Position numbers and translations under genes: made by a program. From Rectinema sp. (GTDB lineage Bacteria; Spirochaetota; Spirochaetia; Treponematales; Rectinemataceae), in contig DAOOGR010000001.1 in the NCBI GenBank assembly GCA_035415815.1, forward strand, positions 990-64,989: a DNA stretch of 64,000 nucleotides. Direction: 5' to 3'. The number at the start of each line of letters is the position of its first letter. The first letter of the stretch is position 1. The notes beneath the pieces are model-generated. The model searched no databases, was not told where the DNA came from, and saw only the letters and a list, made by a program, of their open reading frames with translations. This document shows positions 25,919 to 35,200 of this stretch, piece after piece.

Positions 25919-27853
25919 ATGCCGAATGATTTAAAAGCCAATGAAGATATACAGGTTCGACAGAAGAGAATCAGAGAATTGGAGTCTCTGATTAGACATC
26001 ATCAGGAACTCTACTATAATGGTGAGCCCGAGATCTCAGATGAGGAATTCGATGCCTTATGGGATGAACTGGCTTCGATAGATCCAGAGAATCCTCTTAT
26101 TGCTTCTATTGGAGCGGACAGATCAGATCGATGGCCTAAATATAGGCATAGGATGACAATGGGAAGTCTCTCCAAGGCTACGGATCCAGAATCATTTCTA
26201 GCCTGGGCAGCCAAAGTCAAGTATCCACTTTACCTTGTACAATACAAGCTTGATGGCGCCAGCATAGAGCTTCAATATGATGAAGGTGCCTTTGCAAGGG
26301 GTGTCACTCGCGGAGATGGGGTTATAGGCGACGATATAACCCCTAATGCAATTCGTATGAATGGAGTGCCTAAGCAGCTTCAAGAGCCATTTACAGGATC
26401 AGTGCGCGGCGAAGTGCTGATGTCGAAAAGAGTGCATGCTATCAAGTATTCAGACAAGGCCAATTGTCGCAACGCTGCAAATGGTCTTATGAAGCGTAAA
26501 GATGGTCAGGGAGTCGAGGATCTCGACATCGTCTGTTATGATGCAGTGGGTAGATTACCTGCAGGCGAAGCCTTTTCCACCGAACGCGAAAAGATTGTTT
26601 GGCTGAAAAGAATGGGCTTCAATGTTGTTCCAACCGTAGAGTGCAAGAATCCTGAAGAGATCATTGTATATCGCGCTAAGATTATGGAACTAAGGCCTAC
26701 TCTGGAGTATGACATAGATGGGCTAGTCATAAAGGGTGATCGAATCGATCCCGAGGATATGAACAAACTGCGTCCCGAATTGCAGATAGCCTTTAAATTT
26801 AGTCCAGAAGAGGCTGTTACAACGCTTATAGCAGTGGAATGGAGCGAATCTGGAACTAATGTGACCCCCATTGGTATAGTCGAACCTGTAAGGCTTGCAG
26901 GTACTACTGTTCAACGAGCCAATTTGGCTAACCCGGGCATGATTAGGTCTATGAACCTAAAAATTGGCTCGAAGGTTGTAATAACGAAACGTGGAGAGAT
27001 CATTCCTAAGATTGAATCCCTGGTTGAAAATCCCAAAGATGCTCTTCCGATTTCTATTCCTTCGCATTGCTCACAATGTGGAGCAGAGCTCATAGATGAG
27101 GATACGCGTCTATATTGTCCAAATCCTGAATGCCCAGGAAAAGCCTATCATCGCCTTGAGAAATGGCTATCCGTAGTTGATATAAAAGATATTGGATCGA
27201 CCTTGTTAAGGAGGCTTTTCGAAGCCAAGAGAGTGATGCGTATTCCTGATCTATATACGCTTACGATGGATGAGCTTATCTCCTTTGAGCGAATGGGAGA
27301 GAAGAGCGCTCAAAAAATATTGCGCAATATAAAAGGACGAAATGAAGTCAGTCTTTCTCAGTTTATTGCGGGCTTTGATATTGAAGGAATCGGTTTGCTT
27401 ATGGCAGACAAGCTTGTCGAAGCTGGCTATGATACTCTCGATAAGATCCTAGCTGCTTCGCCAGCTGATTTTGAAAAAATTGAAGGTTTTGCAGAGATAA
27501 CCGCAAAGGCTCTTTACGAAGGGCTGCACCTAGTCGAGAAAGATATGCGCGAGCTCGTCGATAGAGGATATGTGCGAATAAAGCCTCCGCTCCGCAGAAT
27601 TCAAAGGGGTACAAATCCAATTGCCGGTAAGAGCTTTTGTTTCACGGGAGAGCTGAGGTCGATGAAGCGCTCGGATGCTGAAAAACTAGTTCGAGAAATG
27701 GGCGGCATTGCAAAATCTAGCGTAACTAAGGATCTCGACTATCTAGTCACGAATGATCCCAGCTCAGGATCCGAGAAAAACAGAAAGGCTCAAGAGCTAT
27801 CGATCAATATCATCGATGAAAAAGAATTCCTTGAAATGATCGGCCTTAAATGA
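25919..27853 (+). CDS. ligA: NAD-dependent DNA ligase
   Basis: 644 aa. Adenylation motif KLDGAS, Zn finger CSQCGAEL...CPNPECPGK, HhH repeats and a C-terminal BRCT domain (GKSFCFTGEL). Confidence 0.95.
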   Translation: MPNDLKANEDIQVRQKRIRELESLIRHHQELYYNGEPEISDEEFDALWDELASIDPENPLIASIGADRSDRWPKYRHRMTMGSLSKATDPESFLAWAAKVKYPLYLVQYKLDGASIELQYDEGAFARGVTRGDGVIGDDITPNAIRMNGVPKQLQEPFTGSVRGEVLMSKRVHAIKYSDKANCRNAANGLMKRKDGQGVEDLDIVCYDAVGRLPAGEAFSTEREKIVWLKRMGFNVVPTVECKNPEEIIVYRAKIMELRPTLEYDIDGLVIKGDRIDPEDMNKLRPELQIAFKFSPEEAVTTLIAVEWSESGTNVTPIGIVEPVRLAGTTVQRANLANPGMIRSMNLKIGSKVVITKRGEIIPKIESLVENPKDALPISIPSHCSQCGAELIDEDTRLYCPNPECPGKAYHRLEKWLSVVDIKDIGSTLLRRLFEAKRVMRIPDLYTLTMDELISFERMGEKSAQKILRNIKGRNEVSLSQFIAGFDIEGIGLLMADKLVEAGYDTLDKILAASPADFEKIEGFAEITAKALYEGLHLVEKDMRELVDRGYVRIKPPLRRIQRGTNPIAGKSFCFTGELRSMKRSDAEKLVREMGGIAKSSVTKDLDYLVTNDPSSGSEKNRKAQELSINIIDEKEFLEMIGLK

Positions 27854-27863
27854 TGGATCTTAG

Positions 27864-28175
27864 ATGAAAGCACCTTCAATAAGAACTCAAGAACACCTAG
27901 ATTTTCTCAAGCCAGCTCTCCATGAAGAGAAAGAAGGGGTAGTGCTCGAAGTCTATGTGGTCCCTCGTGCGCCTTGCGATAGTGTGGAAGAACTGCGCAA
28001 TGGGCGCTTATTGCTGAGAGTAAAAGCAGCGCCAGAAAAGGGTAGGGCAAATGAGGCTGTATTAGAGTTGATTGCGAATTATTTGGATATGGCGCCCTCA
28101 AATCTTCGTATATTGCGAGGCAATAGCTCCAGACGCAAGTCTATCTTATTGCAAAACTTTAGATATAACCGCTAA
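27864..28175 (+). CDS. DUF167 (YggU-like) protein
   Basis: 103 aa. LRVKAAPEKGRANEAVLELIANYL...LRILRGNSSRRK matches the YggU family pattern. Confidence 0.8.
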   Translation: MKAPSIRTQEHLDFLKPALHEEKEGVVLEVYVVPRAPCDSVEELRNGRLLLRVKAAPEKGRANEAVLELIANYLDMAPSNLRILRGNSSRRKSILLQNFRYNR

Positions 28176-28176
28176 A

Positions 28177-29961
28177 ATGGAGCACCTCATGGAATATTAT
28201 GTAGATCAATGGAAATCGATAATTGCGAACTGCTTAAATGAGCTCGCTTTCCAAAAAGAACTCAAGGATGCCTATTTATCCTCTCAAGATATCATTGCCG
28301 AGAAGCCACCTAGGCCAGAGTTTGGAGATATAGGCTTCCCAATGTTCTCATATGCAAAGCAATTTCGAATGCCACCGGCCAGAATAGCTGCAGAGGTAGC
28401 GAATGTCTGCAATATAAAAACCGATACTGAGAAGCCTATATGGCCTGGTACCGTAAAAACGGCAGGTCCATATATAAATATATACCTAGACAAAAAATAT
28501 GTAGCAAATTATGTCCTTGAAAACGCGGAGAAAGAATTTTGGGAGTCTAGTCCACTCTTTAATGGTCGAAGGATAATGATTGAGTTTTCTTGCCCAAATA
28601 CCAACAAACCCCTTCATCTTGGGCATCTTCGTAACAATGTGCTTGGAGAGTCTCTTTCTAGAATCATGAAAGAAGCAGGGGCAGAAGTCAAAAAGGTCAA
28701 TCTGATAAACGACAGGGGAATTCATATATGCAAGTCGATGCTTGCATATCTTGCTTATGGAGAAGGACGAACACCAGAAGATGAGGGATTGAAGAGCGAT
28801 CACTTTGTAGGCAAATACTATGTCTTATTCAATAGACTAAAAGATGAAGATCCATCCGCAGAAGAAAAAGCTCAAGAACTTTTGCAGAAATGGGAAGCCG
28901 GAGACGCAGATGTAATTGCCCTATGGGAAAAGATGAATAATTGGGCTGTTGAAGGCATAATGGCTACCTATAGACGCCAAAAGGTTAGTTTCGATGAATT
29001 CGATTTTGAACATGAGACCTATAAGTTAGGCAAAGAGGAAGTGTTGGAAGGCCTTGCTCGTGGGATATTCTATCGCGCAGAGGATGGCTCAATTCAGGTG
29101 GATCTAGAAGATATCGGTCTAGGGAAAAAAGTGCTCCTCAGAAAAGATGGTACAAGTATCTACATTACGCAGGATATCGGGACAGCAATTATGCGCTACA
29201 ACAGATGGCCTTTCCATGAGCTCGTGTATGTTGTGGCTTCTGAACAGCAGTACCATTTCAAAGTGCTTTTTGAAGTTCTAAGGAGGCTTGGCTATAATTG
29301 GGCAGAAAATCTCTACCATCTTTCATATGGACTGGTTAATCTGCCTTCTGGCAGAATGAAAACCAGGGAAGGAACAGTAGTAGATGCCGATGATCTTATC
29401 GACGAGCTTACAAGATTAGCAGCAAATGAAATAGCAGATAAGAGAAGAGAGGAAGCAGTAGGCGATATCAAAGATGTTGCAGAGCAGGTAGCTCTTGGAG
29501 CCTTACATTATTTTCTTCTACAAGTTTCGCCGGCTAAAGACATGCTTTATAATCCCGAGCAATCTATCTCTTTCACTGGAGATACAGGGCCATACATTCA
29601 ATATATGGGAGCTCGAGCTAGTTCTATTCTTCGAAAATATAAAAATGGTGAGGGTAATGCAAACCAAGGGAAAATCAATGTTTCTCTTATAGTATCGGAT
29701 TCCGATTGGTCTCTTATGAGGCTATTGATAGAATTTCCTCATACTATTGAACAATCGGCAAAAAACAAAGATCCTTCCATTCTCGCTGCATATACCCATC
29801 AGCTTGCGAGCGAGTTTTCTGTCTGGTATAGAGACAATCCAGTGCTCAACAACGACAATCCAGATATCTCGGCTAGCCGCTTAGCGTTCGTGATCGCAAT
29901 AAGAGAAACGCTTAGAAGAGCAAGTAATTTGCTATGCATACCGTTTCTCGATGCCATGTAA
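28177..29961 (+). CDS. argS: arginine--tRNA ligase
   Basis: Class I HIGH motif NTNKPLHLGHLRN, with an Arg-tRNA synthetase N-domain and a DALR-type C-terminus. The start is set at the ATG at 28177, 1 nt after the DUF167 stop. The track start at 28072 lies inside the DUF167 gene. Confidence 0.93.
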   Translation: MEHLMEYYVDQWKSIIANCLNELAFQKELKDAYLSSQDIIAEKPPRPEFGDIGFPMFSYAKQFRMPPARIAAEVANVCNIKTDTEKPIWPGTVKTAGPYINIYLDKKYVANYVLENAEKEFWESSPLFNGRRIMIEFSCPNTNKPLHLGHLRNNVLGESLSRIMKEAGAEVKKVNLINDRGIHICKSMLAYLAYGEGRTPEDEGLKSDHFVGKYYVLFNRLKDEDPSAEEKAQELLQKWEAGDADVIALWEKMNNWAVEGIMATYRRQKVSFDEFDFEHETYKLGKEEVLEGLARGIFYRAEDGSIQVDLEDIGLGKKVLLRKDGTSIYITQDIGTAIMRYNRWPFHELVYVVASEQQYHFKVLFEVLRRLGYNWAENLYHLSYGLVNLPSGRMKTREGTVVDADDLIDELTRLAANEIADKRREEAVGDIKDVAEQVALGALHYFLLQVSPAKDMLYNPEQSISFTGDTGPYIQYMGARASSILRKYKNGEGNANQGKINVSLIVSDSDWSLMRLLIEFPHTIEQSAKNKDPSILAAYTHQLASEFSVWYRDNPVLNNDNPDISASRLAFVIAIRETLRRASNLLCIPFLDAM

Positions 29962-30006
29962 GAAAGCCTGTTTTAAGAAGTCGCTTTTTTAGAGTTCTGA
30001 GAGCTG

Positions 30007-30036
30007 TTGACAAAGTGGGGTTATAAAGTGTATAAA
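30007..30036 (+). promoter_or_regulatory. candidate promoter of the rplU-rpmA-obg operon
   Basis: TTGACA (30007..30012), an 18-nt spacer, then TATAAA (30031..30036), about 45 nt upstream of rplU. Confidence 0.5.
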
Positions 30037-30081
30037 TTTCAGCCCGATATGAGTATTTGAGCATTGATGAGGATAAGCTAT

Positions 30082-30393
30082 ATGTATGCAATCGTAGAAA
30101 TCAACGGAAAACAATATCATGCAGAGCAGGGGAAGGATCTAGTAGTGGATCGCTTTGATGCAATGCCAGGTCAGTCGATCGTTTTCGAAAAGGTATTATT
30201 GCTTAGTGGAGATGAGACCAAAGTTGGTAGTCCGTATGTCAATGATGCTGCCGTCAAGGCTATAGTAAAAGAAGAGATCAAAGGTGATAAGATAATTGTA
30301 TTTAAGTATAAGCCAAAAAAGGGGTATCACAAAACCCGCGGGCATCGTCAGCCTTATACCGTGCTCACGGTGAATGAAATTGTTGGCGCCTGA
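30082..30393 (+). CDS. rplU: 50S ribosomal protein L21
   Basis: MYAIVEINGKQYHAEQG is the canonical L21 start, with GAGGA 8 nt upstream. The track start at 30064 is an upstream TTG. Confidence 0.93.
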   Translation: MYAIVEINGKQYHAEQGKDLVVDRFDAMPGQSIVFEKVLLLSGDETKVGSPYVNDAAVKAIVKEEIKGDKIIVFKYKPKKGYHKTRGHRQPYTVLTVNEIVGA

Positions 30394-30423
30394 GGCGTCC
30401 ATTTTAACCGGAGGAATATAGCA

Positions 30424-30669
30424 ATGCCGCATAAAGGTGTTAATGGCCGAGATTCAAATCCACAGTATCTTGGTGTAAAGGCCTATTCAAGCGAGAACGT
30501 AAACGCGGGCTCGATTATTGTACGCCAGAGGGGTTCTAGAATAAATCCAGGCAAGAATGTTGGTAAGGGTAAGGATGATACCCTATTTGCGCTTATCGAT
30601 GGTACGGTGCGCTTCCGTGAATATAAAGGCAAGAAATTTGTAGATGTGGAGCCAGCCATTCAAGCATGA
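30424..30669 (+). CDS. rpmA: 50S ribosomal protein L27
   Basis: [13 protein letters not shown] and [19 protein letters not shown] are the L27 core. GGAGGAA lies 7 nt upstream of the ATG. Confidence 0.93.
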   Translation: MPHKGVNGRDSNPQYLGVKAYSSENVNAGSIIVRQRGSRINPGKNVGKGKDDTLFALIDGTVRFREYKGKKFVDVEPAIQA

Positions 30670-30693
30670 GCATAAAAACCAGAGCATAATTCT

Positions 30694-30728
30694 AACCGCT
30701 CCTGTAGCACAGAGAGCGGTTTTTTATT
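30694..30728 (+). terminator. intrinsic terminator/attenuator between rpmA and obg
   Basis: AACCGCTC-12nt-GAGCGGTT hairpin followed by TTTTTATT. Confidence 0.6.
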
Positions 30729-30755
30729 ATGCTTATGAGTTATGGGAGTATTTTT

Positions 30756-31862
30756 GTGATCAAATTCGCTGATGAAGCGATAATAAGCGTCGCAAGCGGT
30801 AAGGGGGGCGATGGTTGTGTTGCATTTAGGCGAGAAAGGTTCATTCCTTTTGGCGGTCCTGCAGGCGGTGATGGAGGGCGAGGGGGAGATGTAATTTTTA
30901 TTGTCAAGCAGAACCTTCGGACGCTCGCATATCTTCGATATCGTAAGGTTTTCAAAGCTGAAAACGGTCAGCCGGGCATGGGAAAGAACATGCATGGGAG
31001 AGATGGAAAGGATGTCATAATCGAAGTCCCGCCAGGGACGATTCTTCGAGATGCCGAGACCAATGAGATTATAAGGGATTTTGGCCGTCGGGCTGGTGGC
31101 AAAAGAGCTGGAACGCTAGAGTATGTAGAACCATGGGTTTTCTTAAAAGGCGGCAAGGGGGGTTGGGGAAATACTCATTTTAAGAGCTCAGTAAATCAAA
31201 CACCTCGTTACGCTCAACCTGGTCAGCCAGGACAGGAGAGAAAGCTCAAAGTCGAACTCAGTCTAATTGCGGATATCGGTTTCGTTGGGTTTCCAAATGC
31301 CGGTAAATCAAGTCTGTTAGAGTATTTTACAAATGCACGTCCTAAGATTGCGCCATATCCTTTCACAACTAAGATACCTAATCTGGGCGTTCTTACGGTG
31401 AATGAAAGGGATATTATTTTAGCTGATATTCCGGGCATAATAGAGGGAGCACATGAAGGAGCTGGATTGGGGCTTCGTTTCCTAAAACATATCGCAAGGA
31501 CAGCTTGCCTTGCTTTTCTAGTGGATCTTTCCGACGAGCATTGGCGAACAGCCTTCCCAATTCTGTTGCATGAATTGGGGTTATTTTCTCCAACCCTAGT
31601 GCAGAAGCCGCGTATCTTGCTGGGAACAAAGATGGATCTACCGGAATCCCAAACGAATTTTATGGAGTTCAAAGCATCTTTTCCAGAAGAAAGTGTCTAT
31701 GGTATATCTGTTTTTACTGGGCAAGGTCTGGATGAGGTCAAACAGCAATTCTTTGAAAAGGTTCTAGCCTATGAAGTAGCCGAGGCCTATGAAGCTCAAA
31801 AAGAAAATGCCCCAGATCGCCTATTCGATGAAATAGATTTTTCGGATGAGGGCTTTATTTGA
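30756..31862 (+). CDS. obg: GTPase Obg/CgtA
   Basis: (M)IKFADEAIISVASGKGGDGCVAFRRE is the Obg fold start, with G motifs GFPNAGKSS and DIPG. The GTG at 30756 has GGGAG 7 nt upstream. The alternative ATG at 30729 lies in the terminator T-tract and has no SD. Confidence 0.88.
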   Translation: MIKFADEAIISVASGKGGDGCVAFRRERFIPFGGPAGGDGGRGGDVIFIVKQNLRTLAYLRYRKVFKAENGQPGMGKNMHGRDGKDVIIEVPPGTILRDAETNEIIRDFGRRAGGKRAGTLEYVEPWVFLKGGKGGWGNTHFKSSVNQTPRYAQPGQPGQERKLKVELSLIADIGFVGFPNAGKSSLLEYFTNARPKIAPYPFTTKIPNLGVLTVNERDIILADIPGIIEGAHEGAGLGLRFLKHIARTACLAFLVDLSDEHWRTAFPILLHELGLFSPTLVQKPRILLGTKMDLPESQTNFMEFKASFPEESVYGISVFTGQGLDEVKQQFFEKVLAYEVAEAYEAQKENAPDRLFDEIDFSDEGFI

Positions 31863-32440
31863 TGAGAATTGCGATAATTGGAGGTTCCTTCAATCCGCCC
31901 CATATAGGACACATGATTTTGATTGAAGAGATTCTTGCCACTGAATGTTATCAGAGAGTATTGCTTATTCCAGCTAAAGCTGCGCCACATAAAGTTCCGC
32001 AGATGGACCCAGGTCCGGAAATGCGACTTGCTCTTTTGGAAGCAAGCATTGAAGGATGGCACAATGTGGCGATTGAAGATTGCGAATTGAGGCGAGCTGG
32101 TCTATCCTATACTTCAGATACCTTGGAAGAACTATGGAATAGAAGACTGTTCGATGAAAGGCCAGGGCTTGTGATAGGAGATGATCTAGCTACTGATTTT
32201 TTAGCAACATGGAAACGGGCCGAGAAGATTCTGGAATTAGCGGATATTATCGTTGCTCATCGTCTCTATGTTGACAAAATCCCATTGCCTTATCCTCACA
32301 ACTATATCGAAAATCTCATTATTCCAATCTCTTCCACGCTTGTTAGAGAGAGGATTCATGCTGGTGGTGCATGGCGTTCGCTAGTTATGCCTTCTGTTCG
32401 CACAATCATAGAGAACTATGGACTATATCGAAATACCTGA
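31859..32440 (+). CDS. nadD: nicotinate-nucleotide adenylyltransferase
   Basis: IAIIGGSFNPPHIGH (HxGH motif). 193 aa. 4-nt overlap with obg. Confidence 0.9.
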   Translation: MMRIAIIGGSFNPPHIGHMILIEEILATECYQRVLLIPAKAAPHKVPQMDPGPEMRLALLEASIEGWHNVAIEDCELRRAGLSYTSDTLEELWNRRLFDERPGLVIGDDLATDFLATWKRAEKILELADIIVAHRLYVDKIPLPYPHNYIENLIIPISSTLVRERIHAGGAWRSLVMPSVRTIIENYGLYRNT

Positions 32441-33032
32441 GATTGCCAAAGTAATAGAAAAAGAGATTGCATGTACTTTGACTCCCAAAAGATACGCTCA
32501 CTCTAGATCAACCGCAGAGACCGCGGTAAAACTCGCCGAGCGTTTTGGCGAAGACCGATGGGCCGCTCATCTAGCAGGATTATCGCATGATATGTGTAGG
32601 GGGTTGAGTTTTGAGGAGCAAGATAATCTGGTGAATCGACATAAAGCTTGTATAGCTTTTCTTAGTAAACGCGCATCCCTAGCGGCAATCCTATCGGATA
32701 AGGAATTTAAAGAAAAAATGATTCATGGCCCAGCTGCAGCTTGTTTGCTCTGTCATAGGTTTCAGGTTAGGCAAGAACCGATATTGGAAGCTGTGGCATT
32801 GCATAGCATTGCAGATGATGCAATGTCCCCTCTTGCTAAGATTGTATACATTGCCGATAAACTCGAACCGCTTCGCAATCGGGCAGCCGATGCCGATGAA
32901 AAAATGCAGACTCTAGACCTTGATTCGCTTTTTGCATATACGCTTACTTCAGTTGTAAAATGGTTCTCCGAATCTGGGAGACCGCTTTGCCCATACACTG
33001 CCGAGATATATAGCAGGATGCCAAAATTATGA
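32418..33032 (+). CDS. yqeK: HD-domain phosphohydrolase YqeK
   Basis: RYAHSRSTAETA...LAGLSHDMCR HD motif, in the conserved position after nadD. Confidence 0.85.
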   Translation: MDYIEIPEIAKVIEKEIACTLTPKRYAHSRSTAETAVKLAERFGEDRWAAHLAGLSHDMCRGLSFEEQDNLVNRHKACIAFLSKRASLAAILSDKEFKEKMIHGPAAACLLCHRFQVRQEPILEAVALHSIADDAMSPLAKIVYIADKLEPLRNRAADADEKMQTLDLDSLFAYTLTSVVKWFSESGRPLCPYTAEIYSRMPKL

Positions 33033-34219
33033 GCGACTCGAAATCAAAAATTTTAAAACGAAGCTCTCTACCACTTTTAGTGATTCTAATCGTTGTAGCA
33101 ATAGGGCTTTTCTTTGTTGTCAAGCTCACAGAGAAGGGAACTGTCGAGAGCATTATCAAGAAAGACCAGCCTATGGCTATACTCTTCATTTTTGAGAGTG
33201 ATAAAAAACCTGTTTCTAATCAACTTTTAATTTGGTATCCGTCGAGGCGCAAGGCTGCCATTATGGATATTCCAAGCACTATGGGCATCATACTAAAAAG
33301 TGCAAATAAAATGAGCAGCATCGACACTGTCTATGATTCTCGAAATCCCAGTAAATTCGTCAAAGAAATAAGCGATTATCTTAAGTACCCAATTGATGGC
33401 TGGTTTGTCTACGATGAAGTGAGCCTTTGCCAGACAATAGATCTGCTGGAAGGAATTCAGATGTTTATCCCCGAGACGGTGATAGAGAGTGACTCACTAA
33501 AAGGAGTGTCTCTTCCTGGAGGTGCAGTAGTGCTAGATGGGGATAAGACAAACCAATACCTTCTTTATGCCTTAGCCACAGACTCCTATTCCGAGGAGAT
33601 CAGCCGCAAACAAAGGTTGCTTATAAACATGCTGGGAAAACTTGCTGATGAGTCGACAGCCTTCAATAAGAATAATAATATTCGTTTGATCGCATCAAAA
33701 CCAAAAAGCAATTTCAGTCTTGCAACTCGCGTGAGTATTTTTAAGCACTTAGCTCAGATTGATTATGATATGATAATCACACAATTCATTTCTGGATCTT
33801 TTAGGAGCTTTGAGGAGCGTCGTCTTCTATTTCCATATTATGATGGAGAGCTTGCTCGGGATGTGGTGAGTCAGACAGCAAAAGCGCTGGGCGTAGAAGA
33901 AAATGAAGCGTCTCAGAAGACGGTTGTGACAATAGACATACTAAATGGCTGTGGAGAAAAAGGGCTTGCAAATACAGCCTCGATTCTCTTCGAAAGCTAT
34001 GGCTATAAAGTCGTATCGGTAGGCAATGCACCAAGTTTCGATTATGCAAAGACAATTATGTACGACAATGATGGGGATAAGGCGGCGCTTCAACAGGTTG
34101 CAAATATCATAAACTGTAGGAATTTTGGCGACGCTTCAGCTTTGCCCGGGCTTCAAAAAGCCAATATCACTATAATATTGGGAAAAGATTTCAATGGGAG
34201 GTACTGTATTGGACAGTAA
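33029..34219 (+). CDS. LytR-CpsA-Psr (LCP) family protein with a LytR_C-like tail
   Basis: N-terminal TM helix, LCP core (AILFIF...AAIMDIPSTMGI...IDGWFVYDEVSLCQTIDLLEGI), and a C-terminal VVTIDILNGCGEKGLA module. Confidence 0.8.
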   Translation: MSDSKSKILKRSSLPLLVILIVVAIGLFFVVKLTEKGTVESIIKKDQPMAILFIFESDKKPVSNQLLIWYPSRRKAAIMDIPSTMGIILKSANKMSSIDTVYDSRNPSKFVKEISDYLKYPIDGWFVYDEVSLCQTIDLLEGIQMFIPETVIESDSLKGVSLPGGAVVLDGDKTNQYLLYALATDSYSEEISRKQRLLINMLGKLADESTAFNKNNNIRLIASKPKSNFSLATRVSIFKHLAQIDYDMIITQFISGSFRSFEERRLLFPYYDGELARDVVSQTAKALGVEENEASQKTVVTIDILNGCGEKGLANTASILFESYGYKVVSVGNAPSFDYAKTIMYDNDGDKAALQQVANIINCRNFGDASALPGLQKANITIILGKDFNGRYCIGQ

Positions 34220-34571
34220 GGCGTTTGCATATCAGAGTGCTGAGATTCTAGCGCAGCATAAAGCGCTCAATGTTCTCGTAATGGATGTTCATGAGATAGC
34301 TGGATGGGCTGATTATTTTGTACTAGCGACAAGCACAAGTTCCACTCATATGCGGGGACTTCAAAAGCATATTGAGGAATTTCTAGATTCCGAAAAAATA
34401 GATCTTCTCAATAGGCCTGAAGTTACCGACGATCAGTGCTGGCTGCTAATGGATGCCCAGGATGTGATAATAAATATCATGAGCGCCGAAGCTAGGGAGT
34501 TCTATGATCTAGAATCGCTTTGGTTCAATGCACCTCGCTTTGCAGTCACTTTCCGTGGAAACGGAATCTAA
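34194..34571 (+). CDS. rsfS: ribosome silencing factor RsfS
   Basis: 125 aa. LNVLVMDVHEIAGWADYFVLATSTSSTHMRGL is the typical RsfS/iojap core. Confidence 0.85.
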   Translation: MGGTVLDSKAFAYQSAEILAQHKALNVLVMDVHEIAGWADYFVLATSTSSTHMRGLQKHIEEFLDSEKIDLLNRPEVTDDQCWLLMDAQDVIINIMSAEAREFYDLESLWFNAPRFAVTFRGNGI

Positions 34572-34610
34572 ATCTGGAATAGTCTCAATAATCTTAGGTA
34601 TGAGCAAGGT

Positions 34611-34646
34611 ATTGAAAAGGCGCGGTTTTAGCCGCGCCTTTTCAAT
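34611..34646. terminator. bidirectional intrinsic terminator
   Basis: Perfect 15-bp stem ATTGAAAAGGCGCGG / CCGCGCCTTTTCAAT with a 6-nt loop, lying between the convergent rsfS and acidic-protein genes. A/T runs flank both sides. Confidence 0.7.
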
Positions 34647-34662
34647 CTATAACACCGTTGTC

Positions 34663-35007
34663 TTATTCGTCAGTGTCATCATCATAATCAAAATCTTCGT
34701 CTTCGAAATCATCGTCCTCGAGTTCCTCATCCTCATCTAGGTCCTCATCTTCGTCGAAATCTTCATCGATATCTTCCTCGTCCTCGAATTCCTCATCCTC
34801 TTCCAAGTCATCTTCATCTTCTAGATCTTCTTCGTCTTCAAACTCATCATCATCATCGCTATCATAGTCGAATTCATCATCGTAGGCGCCATCGAATCGC
34901 ACAGTAGGTCTAAGCGAATATATGGTATCGGCAGAATCGCCGTTGGTAAGAGTGATCAATTCGAATTCTTCCTGCGTATCGGCGGTCATTGTAATTTTAT
35001 GGTTCAT
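34663..35007 (-). CDS. hypothetical protein with an extremely acidic Asp/Glu-rich C-terminal tail
   Basis: GGGAGGAG-6nt-ATG at 35007 opens MNHKITMTADTQEEFELITLTNGDSADTIYSLRPTVRFDG. About 70 residues follow that are almost only D/E, punctuated by F/L/I/Y. The track start at 35097 has no SD. Confidence 0.6.
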   Translation of the reverse strand: MNHKITMTADTQEEFELITLTNGDSADTIYSLRPTVRFDGAYDDEFDYDSDDDDEFEDEEDLEDEDDLEEDEEFEDEEDIDEDFDEDEDLDEDEELEDDDFEDEDFDYDDDTDE

Positions 35008-35200
35008 AGTGCGCTCCTCCCATAAATATTCTCTTTGCATTGAAGCAGATGTACTATTACGAGAAACGGCCAGTGCGTCAATACAGAGGCATGGCAAAAT
35101 TTATAGGTCAAATGAAAATATGTCAAGGAAAAATTACAAAAAACATTTCTTTTTGGAGAGCTTTTAATCAAAAAAGTTATCATATATAATATAATCGATA

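Noticed and set aside
28072-28176. Upstream extension of argS given by the ORF track.
   Set aside because: The extension overlaps the DUF167 gene in another frame and adds a non-homologous, Cys/Trp-rich N-terminus. The ATG at 28177 gives a normal ArgS start.
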